Assembly (NCBI RefSeq): GCF_006345805.1
Contig: NC_043002.1
Span: forward strand, 98,022,001-98,086,000
Length of the DNA: 64,000 nt
Direction: 5' to 3'
DNA from: Octopus sinensis
Lineage: Eukaryota
Every line of letters begins with the position of its first letter. The stretch's first letter is position 1. The translations under genes and the position numbers were made by a program. This document shows positions 26,775 through 39,589 of this stretch, piece by piece. The notes under the pieces were generated by a model. That model saw nothing but the letters and a program-made list of their open reading frames with translations, was not told where the DNA came from and did not search any database.

Positions 26775-27618
26775 GAATATATTATGTACATGCTCTATAC
26801 ACAACCCATCTCGAATTCTTATAATGACACAGAATTAACAATGCTGGAAGACAGATCGTAATCTGATAAAATTATATCAACCGACAAAGAGACAAAATCT
26901 CTTATACAAGATACCCCTAAAAAAATAAGCAATACAAAAGGCAAACATTCAACATATTTTAAGATCTATTTTATGTTAAACAATGTGAAATTTGACCACA
27001 AACCCAATTTTTCTTAAGGCGTATATAAATTATAGACATACCGTTTCTACAACTAAAACACTTTAAGCCATAAAGCAATATCTACTGCCTGTCGTCTTAA
27101 TTTCTAGGCGTATAAGCTTTATTTATATTGCTTAAAATTGTTAGGGAAATGTCCATAGCTTTTTATGATCCGGGAAATGATGAAAAAATTAGAGAAGAAT
27201 GTGGTTTCGGAAATTCATTTCCAGTTTGAATTATAAATTTTGTTAAAATTAATGGAAGAGGGAAAACGTTAGAAAATTGATGGATCTGGTGAGATGCAAA
27301 TCTGTTTGAGAGGAGGAATATTGTGAGATAGATTGATAAGAAATACGATATCAGTAAAATGTCCTCCAAATGGCAGAAGGCCCAACGTTTGGTGGAAATG
27401 TTATAATCGTTTAATTTAACTATACATGACATTTAAATGACGAGAAGAATAAAATTATGTAGGAAAAGAAGAATTGTGGTGGTTTACTATTGGTAAGCCC
27501 GATGGAGTAGCAATTGCTGTACCATCGTTAGAAGAGACAGATAGGAAAGAAGCTCGAGGGCTGACTAGTTTTATCAGACTTCAGCACGCATCAACAAATT
27601 ATTTGTTTGCTGATTTCT

Positions 27619-28007
27619 TTTTAAGGATGGAAGCACTCCGTCGGTTACGACGACGAGGGTTCCGGTTGATCCGATCAACGGAACAGCCTGCTCGTGAAAT
27701 TAACGTGTAAGTGGCTGAGCACTCCACAGACACGTGTACCCTTAACGTAGTTCTCGGGTATATTCAGCGTGAAACAGAGTGACAAGGCCGGCCCTTTGAA
27801 ATACAGGTACAGCAGAAACAGGAAGTAAGAGTGAGAGAAAGTTGTGGTGAAAGAGTACAGCAGGGATCACCACCATCCCTGCCGGAGCCTCGTGGAGCTT
27901 TAGGTGTTTTCGCTCAATAAACACTCACAACGCCCGGTCTGGGAATCGAAACCGCGATCCTACGACCGCGAGTCCGCTGCCCTAACCACTGGGCCATTGG
28001 GCCTCCC
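27619..28007 (-). mobile_element. SINE-B, full length
   Basis: Reverse complement of the 18865 copy; TSD GCTGATTTCT (27609-27618, 28008-28017). Confidence 0.95.
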
Positions 28008-28968
28008 GCTGATTTCTATAAAGAGCCCGTATTACTGTTAGATTTGTTGTAGGAATATTCAACAATTGCCCGATATCAGAATTCGCTAGAATATTACCCA
28101 TGTAATTAACAAAATCTGATCTATCACGACGTCGCATAAAATAGGCTCCAGCAATGAATTTATCTTCTCTTAGCGCGCTTCCTTCTGAGTCTATCGCCCA
28201 GTATAAATTCAGTACGTCGTGACTTATTTCTTTATTGCCCACAAGGGGCTACGTCGTGACTACTAGACAGAAAGCTTTGGGATGCAGCAGGGAAAGCATT
28301 GACATACACTGTAGGAGTTGATCAACAGAGACGGCGGACAACAGCTAACACAAAGGCAATGAACAGTCGGAGGACGGACGATACTAAAAAATCGGCAAGT
28401 AACTAACATCACTTTATCTGCCGCTACAACTACACCAAAAGCTAAAACTCTCCCAACGTTTCGTCGTTCGTAGTAACGATAACAGTCGTTCCTTGTGTAC
28501 GAAAAGAATAAGCTGCTTATCAAAGTCTCATCAGACACCAGTGTCCTTTTCCGTTCAAATTCATCGGCCCGACGAGGTAGCTTTGTGTGAGCAAATGCAA
28601 TAAGGTAGTGTCTTCAAAGTTTTCTTACACCGATGGATTCTGTCTGTTATAAACACACATCCTCCGGAATGACGGAAAACAACAGCGACCTGATATTCGC
28701 GTTCGAATCTACCAGAACGTATTAAGAATGAGTAGAAACGTTTCTCTGGCTATTCTGCATAGACCTCAGGAGTTGACATCAAAAGTTTTTCTTTAAATAC
28801 TGCAGAATGTTATCAGATGGTGAAAAGACGGTTATTTCTAGTAGATAAAGTATCGTCAGAGAGTCATTTGCTAATATATAAATGTATATGTGATATATAT
28901 ACGCGTATATATGATTTTATGTGCGTGTATCTGAGTCGGTGTGCATATGTGTGAAAGAGAGAGAAAGC

Positions 28969-29007
<39 letters not shown>

Positions 29008-29353
29008 CGTGTGTGTGGTGTGTGTGAGATAGAGAGAGCTGGAGAGAGAGGGGGGATTAAGCCAGGTAAGACATGTCTGTGAACGCCAATGAAACACGAT
29101 CTACCCGCGACTAGCCCGCTGATATATATATATATGTATATCGAAATTGCGAGGATGATCCGGTTCTTGACTGAAGATTAGAGGCTTCCGTTTTTTGTGT
29201 CGTCTATTTGAGTGTTTTGCGTTCTTGTCTCATTTTGTATTTTTTATATATATTTTTTATACATACATATATATATATATATATAATATATATATATATA
29301 TATTATATATATAATATATATATATATGTATATACCGAGTGAGAGAGGAAAGC

Positions 29354-29387
<34 letters not shown>

Positions 29388-29395
29388 GAGAGAAG

Positions 29396-29435
<40 letters not shown>

Positions 29436-29646
29436 CATTTAGTTTTCCAATTTCAGAATAGTTCTTTTATGCCTATATTATACATAGTCTGTTTCATTTT
29501 TTAAAAAAGCCCGTGTGATGACGATTTGGCTGCTATTTCTAGCAGGTACGGCAGCGACGTAGAACTTCCTAAGTACTACGTATTCAAGAGTATTGTATTG
29601 TATTGTATATGCTTATGGAATTATATGCGCCCGTTTATACGCGCGC

Positions 29647-29697
<51 letters not shown>

Positions 29698-30206
29698 GTG
29701 TGTGTGTGTGTGTGTGTGTACGCGTGTGTGTATGTGTGTGTGTGCATACGCGGCATGTGTGTTGGTGTATCTGTGTGAACGATATACTTATATTGTTTCC
29801 AGTGCAGTCACACATAGACATACACAGACCAACGGCAACATACTCACACATACTCAAATATACTCACTTACACACACACATACATTTCTTCGTTATGTTT
29901 TGAACCAATTCTTTCGGTTCGTTAACTAACAGATTTCCCACACTTTTTTCTCTTATACTTACAGACGAGAAATGTTCTATTGACTGGCCGTCTCTCACTT
30001 TTCCAGATGTTTTGTTTCCATTTCTATCTTTTCCTTAATTTTTTTTTTCTTTCTTATGCAGTCTTCAAGGATATTTGGCTATTATTTCTGCATCACACGT
30101 TCCAAAATGTGGGTTTTTTCTTTTCGTTTTTATCTTCTTTCACTAAAGAGAGGCCGACTTGACCTTGACACAGCGTCGTTCAGACGGTTTCCGGCGGTGA
30201 CCTATA

Positions 30207-30711
30207 GGTATGCATGTATGTATGTATGTATGTATGTATGTATGTATGTATGTATGTATGTATATACGTATGCATGTATGTATGTATGTATTTATGTATG
30301 TATGTATGTATGTATGGATATATGGATGTATGCATGTATGTATGTATGTATGTATGTACGTATGTATATATGTATGTATGGATATATGGATGTATGCATG
30401 TATGTATGTATGTATGTATGTATGTATGTATATACGTATGTATGTATGTATGTATGTATGTACGCATGTATATATGTATGTATGGATATATGTATGTATG
30501 TATGCATGTATGTATGTATGTATCTATGTATGTATGTATGTACGTATGTATATATGTATGTATGGATATATGGATGTATGCATGCATATATGTAAGGATA
30601 TATGGATGTATGCATGTATGTATGTATGGATGGATTGATGGATGTGTGTGTATGCATGTATTATGCATGCATGTACGTATACATATGTATATATATACGT
30701 ATATGTATATA
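30207..30711. repeat. (TATG)n microsatellite with recurring GGATATATGGATGTATGC interruptions
   Basis: Direct reading; accounts for all ORFs between 30056 and 30802. Confidence 0.95.
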
Positions 30712-30893
30712 TCACCGTGATCACCGTGACTGTCCAGGCTATCAGATGTTGGTACACATCGCTGGTCACAATATGCTTCGCATTGCTTTAGCCTTCAAAT
30801 GACGCCACCCCGCTGGCTAAGCGAGCAGGCCAATATGATATAATATATATATATATTATATATATATATATATATATAATATATATATGTATG

Positions 30894-30924
<31 letters not shown>

Positions 30925-31290
30925 GCATATAAATATATGTATATATTATGTATATCTATTTATGTATATATACGTAGGTATGTTTATATAATCTGTCTTT
31001 AAGCCGAGATATATATAGCTTTAAGCCAAACCGGTCAACGGAGAAACTTATCTCGTCTTGGACATGATGTTGTATTTCAGTCTCGTTTCAATTTCAGACA
31101 TACATATGACTCAAGTGGAATGACACTTAGTAAAAGAATTTTCATTATTTTATTTTTCTTCCTTATCACTCTTTAGCTGAATTACAGGAGTCAATAGAAG
31201 CCACATTAAAATTGAACCCAAAGCGTCTATAATTGACAAGTATAAAGAAGCGAGTGCATACGTAATCAATATTAGAGTTGCAGCATCTAA

Positions 31291-31845
31291 GGCGGTGAGC
31301 TGGCAGAATCGTTACCAAAATAAAATACTCAGCGGCTTTTCGTCCCTCATCATGTTCCGAGTTCCGAGTTCTTTTCGGCGTCGATAAAATCTTTATATAT
31401 AAAAGTCAAGTTGTGTGTCTGTCTCTTACGATTTAGATTTCTAACTACTCCCACATTTTGCGGTGCAGTTTAACCAAAACCGGTTATCTTATAGTCGTGA
31501 TTCATATCGAGCCCTTCTGGGTATTAGCGCGCGTCTACGATTTAAAAAAAAAATTACCATCATTTTTTCCATTTTAATGCAATTTTTTCGCTATTATATA
31601 AGGGAAGTAACTCTCTAAAAATGTCTACGATGCGTCAACGATTAAAAAAAAAATTTACCATCATTTTTTTTCCATTTTTAATGCATTTTTTGGCTATTTT
31701 TTGGCTATAACTCTCTAAAAATGCTTCTATAGTTATTTCCCTTACAAACCCGAGCTACGCCGGGCGATACTGCTAGTAAGTAATAATCGACTTATTACTT
31801 CCTCCCTCGAAATTGTTGGCTTTGTGCTAAAATTTGAAACCAATA
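31291..31845 (+). mobile_element. Degenerate SINE-A split by a Helitron
   Basis: Removing 31390-31776 restores GTCGATAAAA|TAAGTA of the SINE core. Confidence 0.8.
31390..31776 (+). mobile_element. Non-autonomous Helitron
   Basis: 5' TCTTTATATATAAA; 3' CCCGAGCTACGCCGGG hairpin plus CTAG; A|T insertion without TSD; internal ~90-bp duplication. Confidence 0.9.
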
Positions 31846-32212
31846 TTAGAGGTGCATATACCCTTTTTTTTATCACTGATTCATTCATCACGGATAACAG
31901 CCGAGATAACATTACACGCTAATTGTTGCCCATGTCACGTTTATCGCGAATTGATCTGTGATAACACGGGTCGGTGATCGATTAAGGATTCGCCTTCGAC
32001 CGTAAAAGCCCGCTCCAGCGATCTATCTGCAATGCTCAAAACAGCCTGGGATCTCAGAACAAAACTTCCTTTTTCTTTATGTGTTCTATAATTCATTTAT
32101 TAATATTATGGAATCATTAACCATTGTTTTTCTTTTTCTTGTTGTGTAGATTTTGTAACCCAACATCCGCGAGAAACGCTGCGAGATGTACTTACAATAT
32201 TACTAATTGATA

Positions 32213-32430
32213 GGGCGGCGAGCTGGCAGAAACGTTAGCATGCCGGCCGGGCGAAATGCGTAGCCGTAGTTCGTCTGCCGCTACGTTCTGAGTTCAAATT
32301 CCGCCGAGGTCGACTTTGCCTTTCATCCTTTCGGGGTCGATAAATTAAGTACCAGTTACGCACTGGGGTCGATGTAATCGACTTAATCCGTTTGTCTGTC
32401 CTTGTTTGCCCTCTCTGTGTTTAGCCCCTC
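32213..32430 (+). mobile_element. SINE-A
   Basis: Near-consensus; possible TSD TTGATAG. Confidence 0.9.
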
Positions 32431-32785
32431 GTTTTGATAGAAATACATTCGCAGCATTCTACTAAAAAATAGAGTCTGATGAAGTGCTATGAGTTGTATA
32501 CATTTTCAGGTATTTTGGCAGTTATGATTAATGCATATTGTGACCGAAGTGCAATCGGCTGCTTGATATGCAATTTGTAATTGCAAGGAAGTGCATTCGC
32601 AATAAATACCTAGAGAAGTGTAACGTCATGTACAGGTGCTTTCAACTGTGTTTAGTTTACGGTATTTTGGCTGTTACAAATAATGTAAAAGGTTCCACAT
32701 GTATTACCGACGTGCGTGCGGTCGTACACGCATACACACACACACACACACACACCATACACACAACACACACACACCACACACA

Positions 32786-32823
<38 letters not shown>

Positions 32824-32894
32824 GTAATATATATATATATATATAATATATATATATATATAATATATATATATATATAATATATATATATATT

Positions 32895-33200
32895 ATAGGG
32901 GGAGCTTTATGAAATAACAAAGACGAAGGCAGGTTTACGGAAATAAACAAAAGACGAAGGCAGGTGGAATACAAACAAGCAATTGTATTAGTGTGGCGCT
33001 CAGAAATCTAAATAAAACAAGTCTTTTACGTTTCGAGCCTACGCTCTTCAACAGAAAGATACACAGAAAAGAAACACAGAAAGAAGGAGAGAAAAAAAAT
33101 GCGTGCAGAGGCTAGCGAATCAACATGGCGATCTGATTTCGGCCAGAAGTCAAAGATCAAACGTGAGACGCAAGAGTAAAATTAGGGGAGATAATAGGGT
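32895..33200 (-). mobile_element. Penelope-like pLTR remnant with minimal hammerhead-like motif (33022-33059)
   Basis: Minus strand: TCTTT-CTGTTGA-A-GAGC-GTAG-GCTC-GAAA-CG-TA-AAAGA (core has U at position 6). Confidence 0.55.
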
Positions 33201-33204
33201 TAAA

Positions 33205-33411
33205 AATCTAACATGAACGTGACAGTAGGGGGGGGGGTACACCACCGCTGTTTAGCCCTAGGAAGCATCGACGCCTCCTGATTGCTTTGACACATTTTTC
33301 ATGTGTCCTTATATACATAGGAAAAATGTGTCAAAGCCATCAGGAGGCGTCGATGCTTCCTAGGGCTAAACAGCGGTGGTGTACCCCCCTACTGTCACTT
33401 CATGTTAGATT
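33205..33411. repeat. Long inverted repeat, arms 33205-33300 and 33321-33411, 20-bp spacer
   Basis: Arms are near-perfect reverse complements (G-run length difference, a few substitutions). Confidence 0.95.
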
Positions 33412-33479
33412 GACAGTATACAACCATTCTATCGCCCCACCACCGTACATATCTCCGACGAGAGATTTAGAAATTTAAT

Positions 33480-33550
<71 letters not shown>

Positions 33551-33784
33551 AATATTCGTTTTCTTTGGTGGAACTCGTAGTAGATATAGTAATAAGCAAT
33601 AGCATGCAAGTACTGGTTGTAGAACCTACAAACTTTAAGTTTAAGTTGAATGGGGCTGAAACAAGTAGTTTTAAATAATACTATATGAAACTTATATTAA
33701 GTGCCTCCTTCTTTCGTTTGTCCACTCACACCGTATATACGTATATATATCTATATATATATATATATTATATATATATATATA

Positions 33785-34132
33785 GTTATCAGTAACAATA
33801 AAGGGTGAAATTAATTAATTTGGAATAATTATCAATTACACCAAGTAGATTTCGGCATGTAAAAGCCTCATTCGAGGAAAATTTAAGTATTAAGGGTTTA
33901 GCAACGAATTGCCTCACCAACACACCGAATTTAGAAATAGCAGTCAAAGAGATATAGCTATTCCTTCTACTAAAAGGGAGATCTCAGTAAAAACACAGCA
34001 CTTGAAAGGCAAACACAGACAGGTAAGAAAGAATGAAATGACGGCAATCTATCATACAATTTTAAGTTACCTACGGACGTACGTTTCGAAATCAAGTTTT
34101 AGGAAAGCATAAGAATTAGAAAATTCTACCTT
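33785..34132 (-). mobile_element. Penelope-like pLTR remnant with the 3' half of a hammerhead
   Basis: Minus strand has TTC-GAAA-CGTACG-TC (palindromic stem III, about 34076-34090); the CUGANGA half is missing; bounded by (TA)n. Confidence 0.4.
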
Positions 34133-34209
34133 TATATATATATATTGAATGTTTAACGACATTTTTCGCTATGCAATTTATGTTTGTCTGAGTATCTAAG
34201 CTATCGAAT

Positions 34210-34281
34210 ATAGCGCTGATGACGGAATTCAAACTCCCCTTTTTTTATATGTTTGTGATCCAGAAACACCGTGTTCGCTAT
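34210..34281 (+). ncRNA. Type I hammerhead ribozyme motif, copy 1
   Basis: Stem I ATAGCG/CGCTAT; CTGATGA 34216-34222; stem II GGA..CAAAC/GTTTG..TCC; GAAA 34263-34266; stem III ACAC-C-GTGT; GUU site, predicted cut after 34275. Confidence 0.75.
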
Positions 34282-34764
34282 TAACGGTAAGTGACTGAAT
34301 TCGTATGTTTGCCACTCCGGTTTTGTGTATGTGAGCCGCAAGGGCCTTCGTTTTTGGAATCTCCATTTATAGAAATGGAAAAAACGGTCTTTGACTGCCA
34401 TTTCTAATTCCTTCGGTATGAGGCGAAACAGCTTGCTGCTAGCCAACTTATATTTTCTTTACTATATACTGAACCTTACAAGGTCTTGACAATTATTTTG
34501 TCGTATTTACATACCGAAATTTACCGGTAAATAATGTTGGTTACATGAAAAACCACAGGAAAATTATTTACCATTTTATTTATTACCATGTGGATTCCTC
34601 ATTCCATTACGATTACCCAGAAGGCGCGCATGGCAGAATTTTGGAGGGAAAATTTACGTTCCCAGTAGTCGTTACTTGGTTTTAGCATCTGCGCACTTCC
34701 CCCCACTATCTGATGTCACTGGGTCAGAAGTGAGGGCCGGTGGCATTTGATAAAGCTATCGAAT

Positions 34765-34836
34765 ATAGCGCTGATGACGGAATTCAAACTCCCCTTTTTT
34801 TATATGTTTGTGATCCAGAAACACCGTGTTCGCTAT
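34765..34836 (+). ncRNA. Type I hammerhead ribozyme motif, copy 2
   Basis: Same as copy 1, offset +555. Confidence 0.75.
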
Positions 34837-35319
34837 TAACGGTAAGTGACTGAATTCGTATGTTTGCCACTCTGGTTTTGTGTATGTGAGCCGCAAGGGC
34901 CTTCGTTTTTGGAATCTCCACTTATAGAAATGGAAAAAACGGTCTTTGACTGCCATTTCTAATTCCTTCGCTATGAGGCGAAACAGCTTGCTGCTAGCCA
35001 ACTTATTTTTCTTTACTATATACTGAACCTTACAAAGGTCTTGACAATTATTTTGTCGTATTTACATACCGAAATTTACCGGTAAATAATTGTTGGTTAC
35101 ATGAAAAACCACAGGAAAATTATTTACCATTTTTATTGTATTACCATGTGGATTCCTCATTCCATTACGATTACCCAGAAGGCGCGCATGGCAGAATTTT
35201 GGAGGGAAAATTTACGTTCCCAGTCGTTACTTGGTTTTAGCATCTGCGCACTTCCCCCCACTATCTGATGTCTCTGGGTCAGAAGTGAGGGCCGGTGGCA
35301 TTTGATAAAGCTATCGAAT

Positions 35320-35391
35320 ATAGCGCTGATGACGGAATTCAAACTCCCCTTTTTTTATATGTTTGTGATCCAGAAACACCGTGTTCGCTAT
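35320..35391 (+). ncRNA. Type I hammerhead ribozyme motif, copy 3
   Basis: Same as copy 1, offset +1110. Confidence 0.75.
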
Positions 35392-36060
35392 TAACGGTAA
35401 GTGACTGAATTCGTATGTTTGCCACTCTGGTTTTGTGTATGTGAGCCGCAAGGGCCTTCGTTTTTGGAATCTCCACTTATAGAAATGGAAAAAACGGTCT
35501 TTGACTGCCATTTCTAATTCCTTTGGTATGAGGCGAAACAGCTTGCTGCTAGCCAACTTATTTTTCTTGTTTATATATATATATATTTATATATATATAC
35601 AACATACATACATACATACATACATACATACATACATACATACATACATACATACATACACGCATAGATACATGCATGCATAATACTCCAGATACTACAT
35701 ATCCACTTATACATGTACAAGTACTCTGTTCATGTTGCTGAAATCTCTATGAAGGAGCCTTAGATCTAGATTAAAAACCGGCTCTTTCTTTATTGGTAAG
35801 AAATCTTCAAATAAAACTGAATAATAATATACATACATATATAGGCGCAGGAGTGGCTGTGTGATAAGTAGCTTGCTAACCAACCACATGGGACAAATGT
35901 ATATGCAAATACACACACACACACACACATATGTAAATCACTTGTATAATGGTGATGTTCATTTTACAGTCATCATATGGTGTCAAGACAGGGATACACA
36001 CAGATTCAATCACACACACATACACATGTATACCTATATATATATATATATATATATACA

Positions 36061-36440
36061 GGCGTAGGAGTGGCTGTGTGGTAAGTAGCTTGCTAACCAA
36101 CCACATTGTTCCGGGTTCAGTCCCACTGCGTTGCATCTTGGGCAAGTGTCTTCTGCTATAGCCCCGGGCCGACCAATCCCCGGAAACTGAAAGAAGCCTG
36201 TCGTATGTATATATATATGTGTGTGTGTTTGTGTGTCTGTGTTTGTCCCCCTAGCATTGCTTGACAACCGATGTTAGTGTGTTTACGTCCCCGTCAATTA
36301 GCGGTTCGGCAAAAGAGACCGATAGAATAAGTACTGGGCTTTCAAAGAATAAGTTCCGGAGTCGATTTGCTCGACTAAAGGCGGTGCTCTAGCATGGCCG
36401 CCGCAGTCAAATGACTGAAACAAGTAAAAGAGTAAAAGAG
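36061..36440 (+). mobile_element. SINE-C (tRNA-like head, CORE-like CTTGGGCAAGT, internal TA/TG tract, (GTAAAAGA)n tail)
   Basis: Matches the 47341 and 54064 copies; an extra head stub lies at 35844-35890. Confidence 0.9.
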
Positions 36441-36475
36441 TAAATACATGCGTACATACATGTATACATACATAG

Positions 36476-36712
36476 AGGCTTATACCCATAATTATTGGGA
36501 TCCTGGGATATGTAACACACTACTTAATTACCAAACTTGAGGAATTAGGCTTCCCAAAAACAAAAAATGTAGAAAGCTAATTCGAAGACAACAGATTCAA
36601 TCCATCACTGGAACTCTAAAAATCTGTAAAACTTCCCAGAAGTTTATCATTTAAATATATATGAACATGTCTATATAAGAAACTACATACATGAGAATAC
36701 ATACAAATCTGC
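36476..36712 (+). mobile_element. R4/Dong-like LINE 3' end inside (ACAT)n
   Basis: Reads IPIIIGILGYVTHYL...RKLIRRQQIQSITGTLKICKTSQKFII* (frameshifted); ACAT repeats on both sides. Confidence 0.7.
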
Positions 36713-37543
36713 ACATACATACATACATACATATACATACAGGCACATATATATATATAATATATATATATATAAGTATATGTATGTATTTATGTATGCA
36801 TATATGTATGTACATACATATACTTGAGTGTATGTGTGTTTGTTTGTCTGTGCATGCATTTAAATGTGTTTCTATATGCGACTGTGTCTCTCACTCAGCG
36901 TTGTATGTCGTTGCCCATTCTTGTGCTTATTTGCAGAAGCAGGCAACTGTATATCTATTACAAATATTCAATGCCAACACCATCCTCTGCGCATGTATAT
37001 GTGTGTCTATGCGTAAGTGATTATGTATCAAATTTGTTCGAAGGCTTGTATGAGCAAACGTGTGATAATACCCAAAAAAAAAGACCCCCGCAAAATACGT
37101 GTATGCACATGGATGTGAATGTGTTTTGCATATGCACGTGTTTCTGCATGTGTGTGCGTGTGTGAGTGGGTATGCGTATTTCTGTGTGAGTGTGCGTCTG
37201 TATGTGTGAGTTCATGCACGTGTGTTCTGTGTATGTGTATATTTGCACGCATACGTATATGCATGTATATATATATGTGTGTGTATGTGTATTTGTGCAC
37301 ATACTTATATGCATGTATATATATATGTGTGTGTGTGCGTGTTTGTGCGCGTACTTATATGCATGTATGCATATATGTGCGCGCGTGTTAGTGTGTCTAT
37401 ATACATATCTGTATGTATGCATGTATGTTGTATGTATGAATGCGGGTATGTGTTTATCTAAGTTTATGAGTGTTCTTGTAATCTGTGTGTGAATGTATGA
37501 GTGTTTGTACGTGTGTATGTGTGCGTGTACGTACGCATATGTT

Positions 37544-37587
<44 letters not shown>

Positions 37588-38051
37588 GTAATACACCGTA
37601 GCCAGCTGCTAACGGCTCACTTCACATACACAACAGAGTCAAGTCTGTGACATCCATTTTCTCGGTCGCCTCTCTTTTACAGACTGCCGAATCTCACCAC
37701 CCTAACCCAACTTCATTTTCCTTACAAGTGATGATTTGAGTCCCCCACCTCTCTCTTTTTTTTTTTTTTCTTTTCTTTCTCCAATTTAGCTGGGCTGTAC
37801 ACTCATTACACACACAGTGTAAAAGCCCCTGCTGACTGGCGTTCGCTCTGTTAGAAATGTCAAAAGGCTAACAATAATAGCGAGTACAACAAAATTACGA
37901 TGAAGAACAACACAAAAGCAGCACTGACTACAAGAACTACAACAACAACAACAACAAAGACAACAGCAGTAAAATCATCAACAACAGCAGTAGCAGCAGC
38001 AACGATGACAACAACAACAGTGTTGATCCTAGTCTTGAAGTATATGCAACG

Positions 38052-38083
<32 letters not shown>

Positions 38084-38262
38084 TATAGTGCCTGTAATTT
38101 TCGTTATCATGAAGTTATGTAAATTGTAGGTTTACGTATCAGACTTTAGACAGATAGACACACACACACGCACACACACACACACACCACACACACACAC
38201 ACACACAACACACATGTATACAGATATTTATACATATTTGCATACATGCATACTACATATAT

Positions 38263-38307
<45 letters not shown>

Positions 38308-38361
38308 CACATATATATATATACATATATGTATATATATATATAGGTAATATATATATAT

Positions 38362-38442
<81 letters not shown>

Positions 38443-38473
38443 GTATGTATGTATTATATGTATATATACATAG

Positions 38474-38818
38474 CTTTTATCTTTTACTTGTTTCAGTAAA
38501 TTGACTGCGGGCATGCTGGGTCACCGCCTTGAAGAATTTTTGTCGGACGAGAGGCGACTCCAATACTAATTGTATCTCTCTCATTTTTTTTTTCTTTTTT
38601 TTTTTTTGCTTTTTATTTTACTTTAAGCTTGGCACTGAAACTATCGGTCTCTTATTCATCTGCTTTCGTCTACGAAATCCACTTACAAGGATTTTGGTCG
38701 TCTCCTGGTAATAGCAGTTGAAGACACTTGCCAAAAGTATCACGCAGTGGAACTGAACCCGGAACCATGCGAATACGAAAAAAAAAATCTACTTACTATA
38801 TAGAGCCATGCCTGCACC
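38474..38818 (-). mobile_element. Degenerate SINE-C
   Basis: TCTTTTACTTGTTTCAGT...GAAGACACTTGCC...ACTGAACCCGGAACCATG. Confidence 0.75.
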
Positions 38819-39228
38819 TCCACACACACACACACACACACACATATTTGCCATATGATGCACGTACATTTTCGTCTATAATAGATGCGTACACATACGC
38901 ATTTAATAGTTCTTTTATTTTGTTAAATCTGATTAATAAAACAACTACTTCATTATTTTAATTCAGTCTGTAATAGAATTTCTTACAATTTATTTTGACA
39001 GATTTTAAAAGAAAGATTGTAAAATCTCTAATTACACTAACCAACACACACACACACAAAGGAGTAAAAAGCATGAATATTATTGGCATTTTAATTCAAA
39101 TTTAGTGGAAATGAATCGGATATACGTTTACATTTTTATCCTTAATTCCTTAGAAAAATGTTCCCAGCTAAAAGCCTCTTGTTAAATTTAAATTTAAAAA
39201 ATGTGTGTGTGTAGTTGGTTAAATATAT

Positions 39229-39463
39229 ATTTCTTTACTACCCACAAAGGGCTAAACATAGAGGGGACAAACAAGGACAGACAAACGGATTAAGTCGATT
39301 ACATCGACCCCAGTGCGTAACTGGTACTTAATTTATCGACCCCGAAAGGATGAAAGGTAAAGTCGACCTCGGCGGAATTTGAACTCAGAACGTAACGGCA
39401 GACGAAATACGGCTACGCATTTCGCCCGGCATGCTAACGGTTCTGCCAGCTCGCCGCCTTCTG
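39229..39463 (-). mobile_element. SINE-A, young
   Basis: Near-consensus; 15-bp TSD GTTGGTTAAATATAT (39214-39228, 39464-39478). Confidence 0.95.
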
Positions 39464-39589
39464 GTTGGTTAAATATATTTAAGGATGCTTGCTATCATGA
39501 TTGGTTTGCAAACAACAAATTTTTGTATATTATATAACTTCTGAAAAAAAGAAAGAACGACTTTGAATCAGCAACTTCTTTAAGTAATA

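Larger units (their letters stand above)
34198..35568 (+). repeat. 555-bp tandem array, about 2.5 near-identical units (retrozyme or PLE-pLTR-like)
   Basis: Identical landmarks at 34216, 34771 and 35326 (period 555); only scattered substitutions and small indels between units. Confidence 0.95.

Noticed and set aside
30056-30802. Long ORFs rich in MYVC/HTYI (also 7-411, 15546-16039, 37021-37596 and others)
   Set aside because: Translations of stop-free microsatellites.
34965-34990. Second hammerhead per unit (CTATGAGGCGAAAC)
   Set aside because: Core is incomplete, differs between units and has no convincing stem I.
34201-35556. Thrice-repeated 81-aa minus-strand ORF as a gene family
   Set aside because: It starts at TTG, has no recognisable domain, and its identity simply follows DNA repeat identity; it is antisense to the hammerheads.
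34198-35568. CRISPR-like array
   Set aside because: Whole units are repeated with no unique spacers; eukaryotic context and no cas genes.
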